A stretch of DNA of 64,000 bases from Candidatus Multivoradales bacterium. Its GTDB lineage: Bacteria; Acidobacteriota; Thermoanaerobaculia; Multivoradales; Multivoraceae. The translations under genes and the position numbers were made by a program. The notes under the pieces are model-generated. The model did no database searches, was not told the DNA's origin, and saw only the letters and a program-made list of their open reading frames with translations. The DNA lies in assembly GCA_965223325.1 (NCBI GenBank), contig CBDCWI010000002.1:3648001-3712000 (forward strand). Reading direction: 5' to 3'. Positions 49,153 to 58,160 of this stretch are shown one piece after another. The number at the start of each line of letters is the position of its first letter. The stretch's first letter is position 1.

Positions 49153-50073
49153 TCAGGCGGCCTTTGAGAGCTTCCACTCTGAACGGATCTGAGCGGGCGT
49201 CAGGTAGCCGTGCTTCTCGACCAGCCAGTTCTGGTTGTACTTCGCCTTGAAGTCGAGCAACGCGAGACGCAGGTCTTCGACGGTGTCGAATCTCTTCACC
49301 CAGAGCAGCTGCTCCTTCAGGGTTCGGATGAAGCGCTCGGCGACACCGTTGCCTTCCGGAGCCCGCACGAAGCTCGGCGACGAGCAGATGCCCAGAAAGT
49401 CGATCTCCTGCTGGAAGTCTCGGCTGGCGTACGCGCTGCCCCAGTCGTGGCGCAGGCCCAGGCCCAGCGCGACGCCCTGATCGGGCTCGCCGAAGTGCTC
49501 ACGAACGCCCTGGCGCACAGGCTCGAGAGCCTCGAAGCGATTCCCCGACCTCGAGGCGTGGATCCCGATGCACTCGCTGGTGCAGTGATCCACGGCGACG
49601 AAGATCCAGGCCAGGCCTTCCTCTCTCGTCCAGGTCATCGTTGCGTCGGTGCCCCACATCAGATCGGGCTCTGGCATCGTGATCGTCCCGTCGTGGACCC
49701 GAGGGCCACGCTCGCGACCCACGCGAGTAGGTGCAAGAAGCGAGTTCTCGCGCATCAGGCGTAGCACTCGCTCTCGACCCACGTGGACGTCGCGTGCCCT
49801 CAGGCGAGCCCTCACCTTGCGATGCCCTTCGCCACGCAAGCCGGTCTCCTGCTCGAGCTCGCGCACGACCTCTTGGATCATGGCCACCAGCTCCTGATCC
49901 GAGACCGCCGTCTTCGGGCCGGTCTTGCGCTTCTCGATCCCGCAAGACTCGCGGCGCTTGCGCGCGGCGTAGAAGCCAGACCGGGCAACCTCCCAGAGAC
50001 GACAGACCCGTGATATGCCGTAGCGGATTCCTGTGGAGGGAGAGGGTGCGGCACTCACTTCCTCGACCTCCAT
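49153..50073 (-). CDS. IS3 transposase OrfB (DDE/rve)
   Basis: WGTD, RHDWGSAY, GNGVAERFIRTLK. Confidence 0.92.
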   Translation of the reverse strand: MEVEEVSAAPSPSTGIRYGISRVCRLWEVARSGFYAARKRRESCGIEKRKTGPKTAVSDQELVAMIQEVVRELEQETGLRGEGHRKVRARLRARDVHVGRERVLRLMRENSLLAPTRVGRERGPRVHDGTITMPEPDLMWGTDATMTWTREEGLAWIFVAVDHCTSECIGIHASRSGNRFEALEPVRQGVREHFGEPDQGVALGLGLRHDWGSAYASRDFQQEIDFLGICSSPSFVRAPEGNGVAERFIRTLKEQLLWVKRFDTVEDLRLALLDFKAKYNQNWLVEKHGYLTPAQIRSEWKLSKAA

Positions 50074-50402
50074 CCAAGAAAAGGCTTCTCGCCCTCCAAG
50101 CGATGGATCTTCTCGAACAGAAGCTCCTGATCCATCGTCAGTTCACCGATCTTCGCCTGCAGCCGCCGCTTGTCCTCGACAAGAGACTCGACCACCGGAT
50201 CCTCGGTACGGGCTTTCAAGCCCTCCTCACCTGCGCTCAGGAAGGACTCGCGCCACTCGCTCAGACGAGCCACCGTCAGGCCGGTCTCGCGCGACACCTC
50301 GTCAAGCGACTCGCCGCGAAGAAGACGCAGGACCACAGAGGCCTTGCGCTTTGCGGACCAACGGCCCTTCGTCTTCGGAGCTCTTCGTTTCGTCTTCGAC
50401 AT
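50055..50402 (-). CDS. IS3 transposase OrfA (HTH)
   Basis: WSAKRKASVVLRLLRGESLDEVSRE, LQAKIGELTM; GGAGG RBS. Confidence 0.88.
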   Translation of the reverse strand: MSKTKRRAPKTKGRWSAKRKASVVLRLLRGESLDEVSRETGLTVARLSEWRESFLSAGEEGLKARTEDPVVESLVEDKRRLQAKIGELTMDQELLFEKIHRLEGEKPFLGWRSRK

Positions 50403-50523
50403 TCGACACCTCCAACCCGAACTTAGCTCGGGTCATGTGTCCAACGAAAACCCAGGCCGACAGAGTGAGCGCCTGTGCTCCGCCTCCGATCGTCACCCGG
50501 TCGGCGTGATTCATCGCCTCCTG

Positions 50524-50617
50524 GGGGGTACATGGAGGTACATGCCGGGTAGTTCGGGTAGAACCCCCGTGCTCCCTGCCCCGAGCTGCCGAACTACCCG
50601 GTACCCGTGCTCCCCCC
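50524..50617. repeat. Miniature (empty) copy of the RAYT-flanking repeat pair
   Basis: CCGGGTAGTTCGG (50545) faces CCGAACTACCCGGTACCCGTGCTCCCC (50589), about 30 bp apart. Confidence 0.8.
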
Positions 50618-50738
50618 ATGACCATTAGGAGGTGAGCGGGTGGCCTTTACGAAGCGGTTGAAGCCTCCGCTGGTAACAACGCCGGCGGGATCCGGAAGAA
50701 GGGTGTGACAGCCATTCCCGGCCGCCCGGAGCCCGCCC

Positions 50739-53033
50739 ATGACCGACATCACAAACGACAATCCTTCAGGATTCAGCCTGAATCTGTCCGACACCTTCGG
50801 TGGTTCCGATAGCGGTTTCGGAACCTCGCCGAGCCTCGAGAGCGACACCTACGAACCGTCAGGCTCCAGTGGCTTCGGCTCGCTTTTCGAGGCCAACACG
50901 CAGGCCCCGGCAACGTTCGACCTCGGACTCGAGGAAAGCTTCGGCACTGACTCCGACTTCAACTTCAGCTTCGACGCTGGCCTCGGCAGCAACAGCGCGA
51001 ACCTCTGGGACTTCGACACAGACTTCTCCTATGACGATCCGTTCGGCTCAGACTGGAGCCTCGACCCATGGCCCGACGACTTCGGCACCGACACCGACCT
51101 CGAAGAACCGCGCCAGTTCGATCTCGGCTGGGATTTCGACTTCGACCTCGACATCGGCGGTAGCGAAGAAGATCGGCAGCTGGGTCTGGAGCTCGAGAAC
51201 TTCGACTGGAACTGGGATGACGCGGGCTTCGACACTGAACCCGCAGAATTCAGCCTCTGGGGCGGTCTGCCTGATGACGCCTGGTCCGATGCGAACTTCG
51301 ACTTCGGGTTCGACTTCACCAACGATCTCGATTTCGACCGGGACTTCGACCTTGATGACGCAGCCTGGTTCCGCGGCCTCACCGAACCAGGCACAGAACC
51401 CGCCTGGACGCCCGTCTTCCGCACCCCCGAACTCGCTCCCAACCCCCATGCTCCAGGCTTTCAACTGACCGTCGAGAAAGGCGACACCCTTTCAGCCCTA
51501 GCCCAGTCTCTCGGCATCACCGTCGACGATCTACTCGAGGTCAACCCCGGCATCACCGAAACCAGCACCCTCCAAATCGGCGAGAAGCTCGCCGTCCCCG
51601 CCTGGACGCACAGCGAAACCGTGACCGTAAGAGGACACGCCAACGCCTGTACCGCCGCCGAGCGAATCCACACCGCCCTCCTAAGCGGCGACAACGAAAT
51701 GGCGAAGGTCGTGGAGATCCGCAGGGCCATCGCCAGCGCCGGGCCAGGAGAAGGCGAAGCTCTCATCGAGGCCATGCGCAAGATGGCGCTCGACGAAGAA
51801 CTCATGACGTCGCTCGACCCGCGCTACCGAGAACTCGTCGAGGAGCAGATCCACAACCTCGGCGGCTCCACCATCTCCTACCTCGAGCCGGTGCTCGAGC
51901 AGATCGCCTACGGCTACGTCGAGGGAATGGCCGACGGCGGCGTTGAGGCAGTCGAAGCCTTCAAGTCCCTCTTCCGTGCTCAGACCTGGAAAGACCTCGG
52001 TGCTCTGGGAACCACCGTCGTCAAAGCAACCAACCTCGGCGTCGGCCTCGTCGACCCCGACGCCCAGTCCGATGCCATGGCCGATTTGATTCTCATGACC
52101 CAGGCATCGTGGGAGAACTTCCGCGACGGTTGGCAAGACGCAAAGGACAATGGAACCACCCTGCGCTACATGTCAGAAGCGGCCGGCCGATTGACAACCG
52201 AAGCGTTCATCGGCGCCGCCGGAGGCGCCGCAACAACAGCCGCCAAGACCGGCCTCCGCCTGGGGCTCAACGCGGGCGAAGCTGCCACTCTCGGTCGCCT
52301 CGTCGATGGCATCGAGACCGCATCCCGCTGGCGCGCGGACTGGATGCCTGATGAGGCGTTGGGCATGTTGTCGAAAGAAGGGCAGGCTGCCCTGCGCGCA
52401 GTTCACAAAGCACACGAACTCGACAACAACAAGGGCCTCCTGCCAGGCGTAGTCGAGCAAAAGAAGGCAGAGCGCAGCATCGCCCTTTCCGAAGTGCTGG
52501 TCGCCGAACTCTCGCCAGAAGATATGGCGCGCTTCGCAACGCTCCTCGAGAACGACTACCCCGATTTCCACCGCGGTGCCTTTCCGGGCATGGACCCATC
52601 GCGACTGCCGTCACTCGAGAACCCTCTGTTTCATGACGCCCATGTGCATTTCCCCGACGTCACCTACAAGCCTGGACGGGGCGGCAGGCTCAGAGCGTCA
52701 GTGGCCGGCTATCATCATCGGCAAGGTGGAGTGGATGCTCCAGGGGTGCAGCTGGTCAACGCGTCGAAGCCCGATGCGAATGGTGTCTACAAGGGTTTTG
52801 TGCAGTTCCAGGACCCTCTATCGGGAACTTGGGGGAGACAGAAGGCCAAGACGTTCTTTCCGGACAGCTGGAGTGCCTCCCGGATCAGACGTGAAGTCAC
52901 CGCGGCCTTCGAGAATCGTGAGCCAGGCACAGGTCCGTTCTGGAAGGGCTACTCACCAACAGGGATTCTGATCAAGGGTTGGTTGGACTCCGCCGGGAAT
53001 ATTGCGACGGCCTATCCTGTCCCCTTCAAGTAA
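50739..53033 (+). CDS. Polymorphic toxin: Asp/Phe-rich N-terminus + LysM + C-terminal bacterial EndoU RNase
   Basis: LysM TVEKGDTLSALA…LLEVNP..LQIGEKL; EndoU motifs HVH, GYHH, NGVY, KTFFPDSWS, WKG…IKGW…TAYP. Confidence 0.85.
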   Translation: MTDITNDNPSGFSLNLSDTFGGSDSGFGTSPSLESDTYEPSGSSGFGSLFEANTQAPATFDLGLEESFGTDSDFNFSFDAGLGSNSANLWDFDTDFSYDDPFGSDWSLDPWPDDFGTDTDLEEPRQFDLGWDFDFDLDIGGSEEDRQLGLELENFDWNWDDAGFDTEPAEFSLWGGLPDDAWSDANFDFGFDFTNDLDFDRDFDLDDAAWFRGLTEPGTEPAWTPVFRTPELAPNPHAPGFQLTVEKGDTLSALAQSLGITVDDLLEVNPGITETSTLQIGEKLAVPAWTHSETVTVRGHANACTAAERIHTALLSGDNEMAKVVEIRRAIASAGPGEGEALIEAMRKMALDEELMTSLDPRYRELVEEQIHNLGGSTISYLEPVLEQIAYGYVEGMADGGVEAVEAFKSLFRAQTWKDLGALGTTVVKATNLGVGLVDPDAQSDAMADLILMTQASWENFRDGWQDAKDNGTTLRYMSEAAGRLTTEAFIGAAGGAATTAAKTGLRLGLNAGEAATLGRLVDGIETASRWRADWMPDEALGMLSKEGQAALRAVHKAHELDNNKGLLPGVVEQKKAERSIALSEVLVAELSPEDMARFATLLENDYPDFHRGAFPGMDPSRLPSLENPLFHDAHVHFPDVTYKPGRGGRLRASVAGYHHRQGGVDAPGVQLVNASKPDANGVYKGFVQFQDPLSGTWGRQKAKTFFPDSWSASRIRREVTAAFENREPGTGPFWKGYSPTGILIKGWLDSAGNIATAYPVPFK

Positions 53034-53043
53034 GGACCAGTAG

Positions 53044-53451
53044 ATGCTGAAAATCGACTTTTCTACCGAGACACTGTCCAAAGGCACCAAGCTGCCGCTT
53101 GCAAAGGCTGAAGGTGACTTGAACCTCTTGGCCTTGTTCCTCCACAGCGAGTGCCTCTATCCATATCTGGTTCGTGGTGCCCTCAACTGGCTCTCAGCGA
53201 TCCTGGCAGCAGGCGATGGTCCCGAAGCAAAGCGCCTCGGGATGGTCGGAGGCGACGACGTCACAGCAACGTTTGAGGACGGCAAGATCCTGCTCGAAGC
53301 CGAGCCTCACGTAACCGCCGACTACCCGGAGCACTACGACGTCACTCCAGAGGACTTCAAGGAAGTACTGGTCGCCTGGATGAAGTTCATGGAAGAGAGC
53401 GGACTCGGCGACCCACCGGAGATGGCGCACGTCGAACCTATCCAGCGATAG
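53044..53451 (+). CDS. Putative cognate immunity protein
   Basis: 135-aa acidic ORF 10 bp after the toxin stop; FKEVLVAWMKF C-terminal helix. Confidence 0.8.
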   Translation: MLKIDFSTETLSKGTKLPLAKAEGDLNLLALFLHSECLYPYLVRGALNWLSAILAAGDGPEAKRLGMVGGDDVTATFEDGKILLEAEPHVTADYPEHYDVTPEDFKEVLVAWMKFMEESGLGDPPEMAHVEPIQR

Positions 53452-53709
53452 GTACCCCAGGGCGGACTGGACTTCGGCAACACCGAAGGTCGACTACTGG
53501 GCCTGAGGCTCTTCATGGCGACCGCGCGCTTCTCGATCGCGTGCGTGGACGTGTACCAGGGTCGTTAGGCCACCCTCCTCACAGTCACCGCGTACCCGTC
53601 CGCCGACAAAGGACCCGGGCCGAGGGCCGAACGTCACGACGCCAGGAGCTCCCGTCTACTGAGACGCGAATGGCCTTCGCTCCCTGAAAAGGCCTGCCGC
53701 CTAGCGCCG

Positions 53710-55062
53710 CTACTCAGCGAGGACGTAAATGCGCTTCGGGTCTTGAGGGCCCGTTCCGATCTCGCGGATATGGCCGGAAGCCACGAGCTTTGCGAGCCGC
53801 GTCCTCGTCGCCCTCGTGCTCATGCCGAGCGCGTTGGCAATCTCACTTGTCGACAGACCCTCGCTGCTTGCGAGTTGTTCAAGAACAAACCGGTCCTTAT
53901 CGTCCATTTTGGGAGCCCCCACCTTTTCGCTGGGAATGGTCACTCGAAAACGGACCGCGACCTCCTCGAAACGAGGCGGAGCAAGGCCGGCGTCTTGGCA
54001 CCCGGCGATCATTCGCTGGACACCGCTTCCCCATTGCTCGATGAGTCCAAGCTCATAGAAGGCCCGCCCAATCACTCGGTTCCTGAGCTTTGATACGCCC
54101 TGCTGAAGATCCTCGATAGTTAGACCAAGAGGCAACAAACCCGGGCTTTCGATCTCGAGACGATCATCGAAGACCGAAACTCGAATGGGAGCGCCTGTCT
54201 GCGAATAGTCGGCGTGGGCCACGGCGTTGATCACAGCTTCTCGTACGACCACTGGTGGAACGCTCCAAATCTCCCGGCGACGAACAGAGCCGATCTCGGC
54301 GCCATGAAGGCTGTGCTTTTCGACGAACTCGATAGCTTCCTCGACAGCACGAACAGGCATCGATCGAATCTCAGCCTGGTCCACGATCTTGCTCTTGTCG
54401 AATCCTCTGAAGCGGCCTGCCTGGATCCAGGCATCCGGGAAGTGCTGCCTTCTGTTCTTGCCGAACAAGATGACGCCGCCAACAGTTGGAACCGATCGTC
54501 CCTGGTGTGGAGCCAGGAGGTGAAGCGTCTCAAGATCTCGACGTCTCAGCTTCCGGACCCCAGCGAAGAACTCGGAAGCAGCTCGGAAGTCCAACTCTTC
54601 CGAGTCGAGTTCTGGCATCGGCTGTTCGTCGTAGCTTTCGCTCCGGCTGGACCGCCTCAGTTCCTCGAGCAGCTGCTGATCTGCCCGACGGTTGCTCGAT
54701 CCGACCCGCACATAGGTAGTGTTTGCGGCGCTCTTGCCACTGAGGTAGTGAGGGCGTGTCGGACTTGGAAAGACCTCGACCGATAGAACGTAGGTTTCAC
54801 GCCATGGCAGGATCTCGATCTCAGGGATCAAGCGAGGCGAGACACGGTCGCTGATCAAGTTTGCAAGACGCTCCTCCATGTCGACTGGCTCCTCGACACC
54901 TCGGACATGCCGTGATTGGTCTTCGACCCCTATCAGCAGCGTTCCGCCGGACGTGTTTGCGAACGCGACGATCGTCTTCAAAACGCCCTCCACCCCCGAG
55001 AGGTCGCGTTTGAACTCGAGGACCTTGCCCTCTTGGCGTTTCAGTAGCTCCACCAGACCCAT
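53710..55062 (-). CDS. Schlafen/AlbA_2 + HATPase_c_4 (RecG-C-like) + HTH protein
   Basis: EGKVLEFKR, AFANTSGGTLLIGVED, REAVINAVAHADY, SPG, RN..I, EQWGSG, C-terminal wHTH. Confidence 0.88.
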   Translation of the reverse strand: MGLVELLKRQEGKVLEFKRDLSGVEGVLKTIVAFANTSGGTLLIGVEDQSRHVRGVEEPVDMEERLANLISDRVSPRLIPEIEILPWRETYVLSVEVFPSPTRPHYLSGKSAANTTYVRVGSSNRRADQQLLEELRRSSRSESYDEQPMPELDSEELDFRAASEFFAGVRKLRRRDLETLHLLAPHQGRSVPTVGGVILFGKNRRQHFPDAWIQAGRFRGFDKSKIVDQAEIRSMPVRAVEEAIEFVEKHSLHGAEIGSVRRREIWSVPPVVVREAVINAVAHADYSQTGAPIRVSVFDDRLEIESPGLLPLGLTIEDLQQGVSKLRNRVIGRAFYELGLIEQWGSGVQRMIAGCQDAGLAPPRFEEVAVRFRVTIPSEKVGAPKMDDKDRFVLEQLASSEGLSTSEIANALGMSTRATRTRLAKLVASGHIREIGTGPQDPKRIYVLAE

Positions 55063-55066
55063 AATG

Positions 55067-55112
55067 CTCGGAAGTCTACTCGGAAGTGCTCGGAAGGCGA
55101 GGATCTTCCGAG
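55067..55112. promoter_or_regulatory. CTCGGAAG boxes upstream of the AlbA_2 gene
   Basis: Direct copies at 55067, 55079 and 55089, and an inverted copy at 55105. Confidence 0.55.
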
Positions 55113-55347
55113 TTACACCGCCGAGCCAGGGCGTCTTGCTCCCACAGGTGCTCGCCGCCGGCGGGACGAGCAGCAGGACAAAAGGCTAGGCAGAACGGAA
55201 AACACTATTTAGATAGTGAATGATCAAGAGGCACGGCCAGGGAGGTTCTGACAGCAACTAGAGATGGCCTCCCTACGGACTACCAAGCTTGACACATAGA
55301 AGAGATATACGAGAAAATGGAGTTAACTAGATGATTGGAGTGCCCCA

Positions 55348-56043
55348 ATGAGAATCGTAGTTGCCCTCGTCGCCCTTCTTCTTGGCGGATGTGTTTCGAG
55401 TGCACCGCTTGCCTTCAATGTTCAGGTCGACAATCTGGGCACGATCAGGACAGAACAGAGATCGTTTGTCCTTCTTCCTGGGAATGACGGTGTCGCTGCT
55501 GAGGACCTTCAGTTCCAGGAGTACGCCCGGTACGTTGGTGCCGCGCTTGAGGCTCGAGGTTTTCAGCCCGCAGATGGTCTGGCAACAGCCGATCTAGCCT
55601 TCCTTGTCAGCTACGGAATCGGCGACCCCGTGACTCATTCCTGGGAAGAGACGTCTCCGGTCTACGGCCTTAAGGAGGGTGAGGCCAGGGTCACCAGTAC
55701 CACCTTTGGAACCGACAGATACAAGACAACCACGACCACGGTTAACCGGCCAGTTACGTACGGCGTGGTTGGCAGCCAAACGCACACTCGATCCCGAACC
55801 GAGTACTTTCGCTATCTAAGTCTCTCTGCTGTGGATTTGGAGCGTTATCGAGCCTCGGCTGAGGTTGAGGAGCGGTGGCGAACTAGAGTTACGAGCACAG
55901 GAAGTTCGGGCGACCTCCGGCGAGTCATGCCGATCCTTGTCGCTGCGGCAGCACCTCACCTCGGAAACCGAACTGACGGCAAGCTCTTTGTAAGCCTTCG
56001 CGAAGACTCGCCCCAGGTCTCGGCCGTCCGCGGCGAGCCGTAG
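55348..56043 (+). CDS. Lipoprotein (DUF4136-like)
   Basis: Lipobox LGGC; AL…GF….ADLAFLVSYGI pattern; GGAG RBS. Confidence 0.75.
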   Translation: MRIVVALVALLLGGCVSSAPLAFNVQVDNLGTIRTEQRSFVLLPGNDGVAAEDLQFQEYARYVGAALEARGFQPADGLATADLAFLVSYGIGDPVTHSWEETSPVYGLKEGEARVTSTTFGTDRYKTTTTTVNRPVTYGVVGSQTHTRSRTEYFRYLSLSAVDLERYRASAEVEERWRTRVTSTGSSGDLRRVMPILVAAAAPHLGNRTDGKLFVSLREDSPQVSAVRGEP

Positions 56044-56212
56044 AGTCAGCGACTATTCGCCAGCCCATGCGGCTGAAGCGTCATCAACCGTTTGCGGCTC
56101 GGGGTCCTCCCGCTCCGCCACCTCTTGCTGTCCGCTGAATCGCAGTGGCACATCTCACGCTTCATGGGCTTTTACCCACGGGTGGCGCTTCTCGAGCCTT
56201 TGTCTGGTTCGG

Positions 56213-56281
56213 GTCTTGATTGAGGGTTGGCTTGATCAGGCGGGGAATCTCGTGACGGCGTACCCTGTTCCGGGGGAGTGA
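56213..56281 (+). pseudogene. Orphan EndoU toxin C-terminal remnant
   Basis: Translates VLIEGWLDQAGNLVTAYPVPGE*, matching the toxin end ILIKGWLDSAGNIATAYPVPFK*. Confidence 0.8.
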
Positions 56282-56287
56282 GCCAAG

Positions 56288-56698
56288 ATGCTAGACATGG
56301 ACTTTTCGATCGAGACACTCCGCGACGGCACCAGAGTTTCTCGAGCCAAAGCAGAAGGCGACCTGAACCTCCTTGCTCTGTTTCTCTACAAAGAGTGTCG
56401 CCGCCCGTATGTCATTCGCCGGGTTCTGAACTGGCTGCCTGCCAAAATAGCTGCCGAGAATGACCGCCGGGAGAGTCATCGACTCGGCAGAATGGGTGGC
56501 AACGACGTCACTGCCACCATCGAAGATGGTCTCGTCGAACTCGAAGCAAAGCCCCACGTTAGCTGCGACCACCCGGAGTACTGCGACGTGACTCCGGAGG
56601 ACTTCAAGGAAGTCCTGATCGCCTGGATGAAGTTCCTGGAAGAGAACGGGCTCGGCGATCCACCGGAGATGGCGAACGTCGAACCATTCCGTCGCTAG
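56288..56698 (+). CDS. Orphan immunity protein, paralog of 53044..53451
   Basis: About two-thirds identical by hand alignment (AKAEGDLNLLALFL, DVTPEDFKEVL, GLGDPPEMA). Confidence 0.85.
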   Translation: MLDMDFSIETLRDGTRVSRAKAEGDLNLLALFLYKECRRPYVIRRVLNWLPAKIAAENDRRESHRLGRMGGNDVTATIEDGLVELEAKPHVSCDHPEYCDVTPEDFKEVLIAWMKFLEENGLGDPPEMANVEPFRR

Positions 56699-57150
56699 GC
56701 CCGAGACAAACCTTGCGTTTTCGCTCGGTACGTTCCAGCAACCCGATACTGTTCGGCACGTCAGAAACTCACGTCTCAAAGCTCGCCGTGGGGCCACTCA
56801 GCACGTCCCCGCTCAGTTCGCTTCCTACGCCTGCTCCCGTAACTTCGTTTCCAAGCGGAGGCGACCGGAATCTGAGCTAACCACGCTCGTAAAGCTCGCG
56901 CTCTGCTCGCAGTCGCAAGTCGACCTTCTTGACTTTCTCTTCCTCGGTCTGTTCCCTTCGTGAGAATCGTCGCGAGCACTTCGTTGCCGTCCAGCAAGCT
57001 CAGCCGCACGTCCACTCGCTTGTCGTGCGACTCGAGCACCTAGATGATCCTGGAGAGGTCGAAGATGCCTTCTTCCGCGAAAGCTGCGGGGGGCCGTGTG
57101 GGGCCGCGAGCACCTGGATGATCCTGGGGGGGGGCGTGTCCCCCCGTGTC

Positions 57151-57167
57151 CCCGGTACCCGTGCTCC
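57151..57167. repeat. Copy of the RAYT right-hand repeat
   Basis: CCCGGTACCCGTGCTCC, identical to units at about 46613 and 50597. Confidence 0.7.
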
Positions 57168-57248
57168 TCAGTAGACGACGTTTGCGATCAGCTTCTCTAT
57201 GGATTTGCCAGGACGACGGGTAGACTGCCTCGACTTCATCAAGAAACC

Positions 57249-58160
57249 ATGTCGAAGAAGCCCCAGCAACCAGCCGCCGCCGAGACCGTTCGATTCTCCG
57301 GCGAAGACGTAGCCAACCTCACGGCCGGCCTCTCGCGCCAGTACGGCTCACTGGTCGTCATCCAGGGCCTCGACGTGGGGATCCACCAGCTCTGTGATCG
57401 GCCGATTACGATCGGGCGCGAAGCGTCGATAGGGCTCACCCTTCTCGACACTTCGATTTCCCGTCGGCACTGCCGCGTGGAACTCGACGAACAGTCCGAC
57501 CGCTACGTCGTCCGCGACCTCGGTTCTACCAACAGGACACGCCTCAACGGCAAGATCATCGAGGCCCCCACCCCCCTGAACGACGGAGACAAGATCTCCC
57601 TCGGCTCGACGGTCATCAAGTTCGGCTACTCGGACAAGCTCGATGTTGAGTACCTCTCGCGTCTGGAACGCTGGGTTCGAACGGACTCGCTCACAGGGCT
57701 GCTGGTCCGCCGCCAGTTCGACAAGGCCTTTGCCCACGAGGTCGAGCAGGCTGGCGCGGCTGGTGCCGACCTTGCCGTCCTGGTGATGGACATGGACGGC
57801 ATCAAGCAGATCAATGACACACATGGCCACGAGTTCGGGGGCTTTTCGATCGTCGAAGGAGCCAAGATCATTCAGAGCTGCATCGAGCATCGCGGTCAGC
57901 TTTGCCGCTGGGGTGGCGACGAGTTCATCGCCTTCCTGCGTGAAAGCGACAAGGAGGAAGGCTGCCGACTCGCCGAAGCGATCCGCAATGGCATCGCGAA
58001 CCATGTCTTCGTCAAGGACGACATCGAAGTGCAACCCACCATCTCGATCGGAGTCAGCGCCCACCCCGAAGACGGGAGCAGCACCGATGAACTCTTCCGC
58101 GCGGCGGACCGTGCGCTCTATCGTGCGAAAGCAGCGGGCCGAAATAGCGTTGCCACCTGA
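57249..58160 (+). CDS. FHA-GGDEF diguanylate cyclase
   Basis: FHA motifs IGR, SRRH, DLGSTN; DSLTGL, IKQINDTHGH, WGGDEF, AD.ALY.AK. Confidence 0.92.
   Translation: MSKKPQQPAAAETVRFSGEDVANLTAGLSRQYGSLVVIQGLDVGIHQLCDRPITIGREASIGLTLLDTSISRRHCRVELDEQSDRYVVRDLGSTNRTRLNGKIIEAPTPLNDGDKISLGSTVIKFGYSDKLDVEYLSRLERWVRTDSLTGLLVRRQFDKAFAHEVEQAGAAGADLAVLVMDMDGIKQINDTHGHEFGGFSIVEGAKIIQSCIEHRGQLCRWGGDEFIAFLRESDKEEGCRLAEAIRNGIANHVFVKDDIEVQPTISIGVSAHPEDGSSTDELFRAADRALYRAKAAGRNSVAT

Larger units (their letters stand above)
49011..50464 (-). mobile_element. IS3-family insertion sequence
   Basis: Imperfect terminal IRs ending in GGACA, 5-bp TSD GTGAG (49006-49010 and 50465-50469), orfA plus orfB. Confidence 0.9.
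48604..50523 (-). pseudogene. COG4849/AbiEii-like nucleotidyltransferase remnant interrupted by IS3
   Basis: Removing the IS and one TSD copy restores QEAMNHADRV…LTLHVASPIGLTLLKLIAWLDR…KDARD; frameshift near 48810; 5' half missing. Confidence 0.7.

Noticed and set aside
49008-50465. Alternative IS3 boundary at 50462 with a 3-bp GAG duplication
   Set aside because: Only the 5-bp GTGAG duplication restores the interrupted reading frame and aligns the two IRs without a terminal gap.
56745-56769. GATACTGTT and GTCAGAAACT matches to the DUF6088 operator
   Set aside because: Short half-site matches in the wrong order; not distinguishable from chance.
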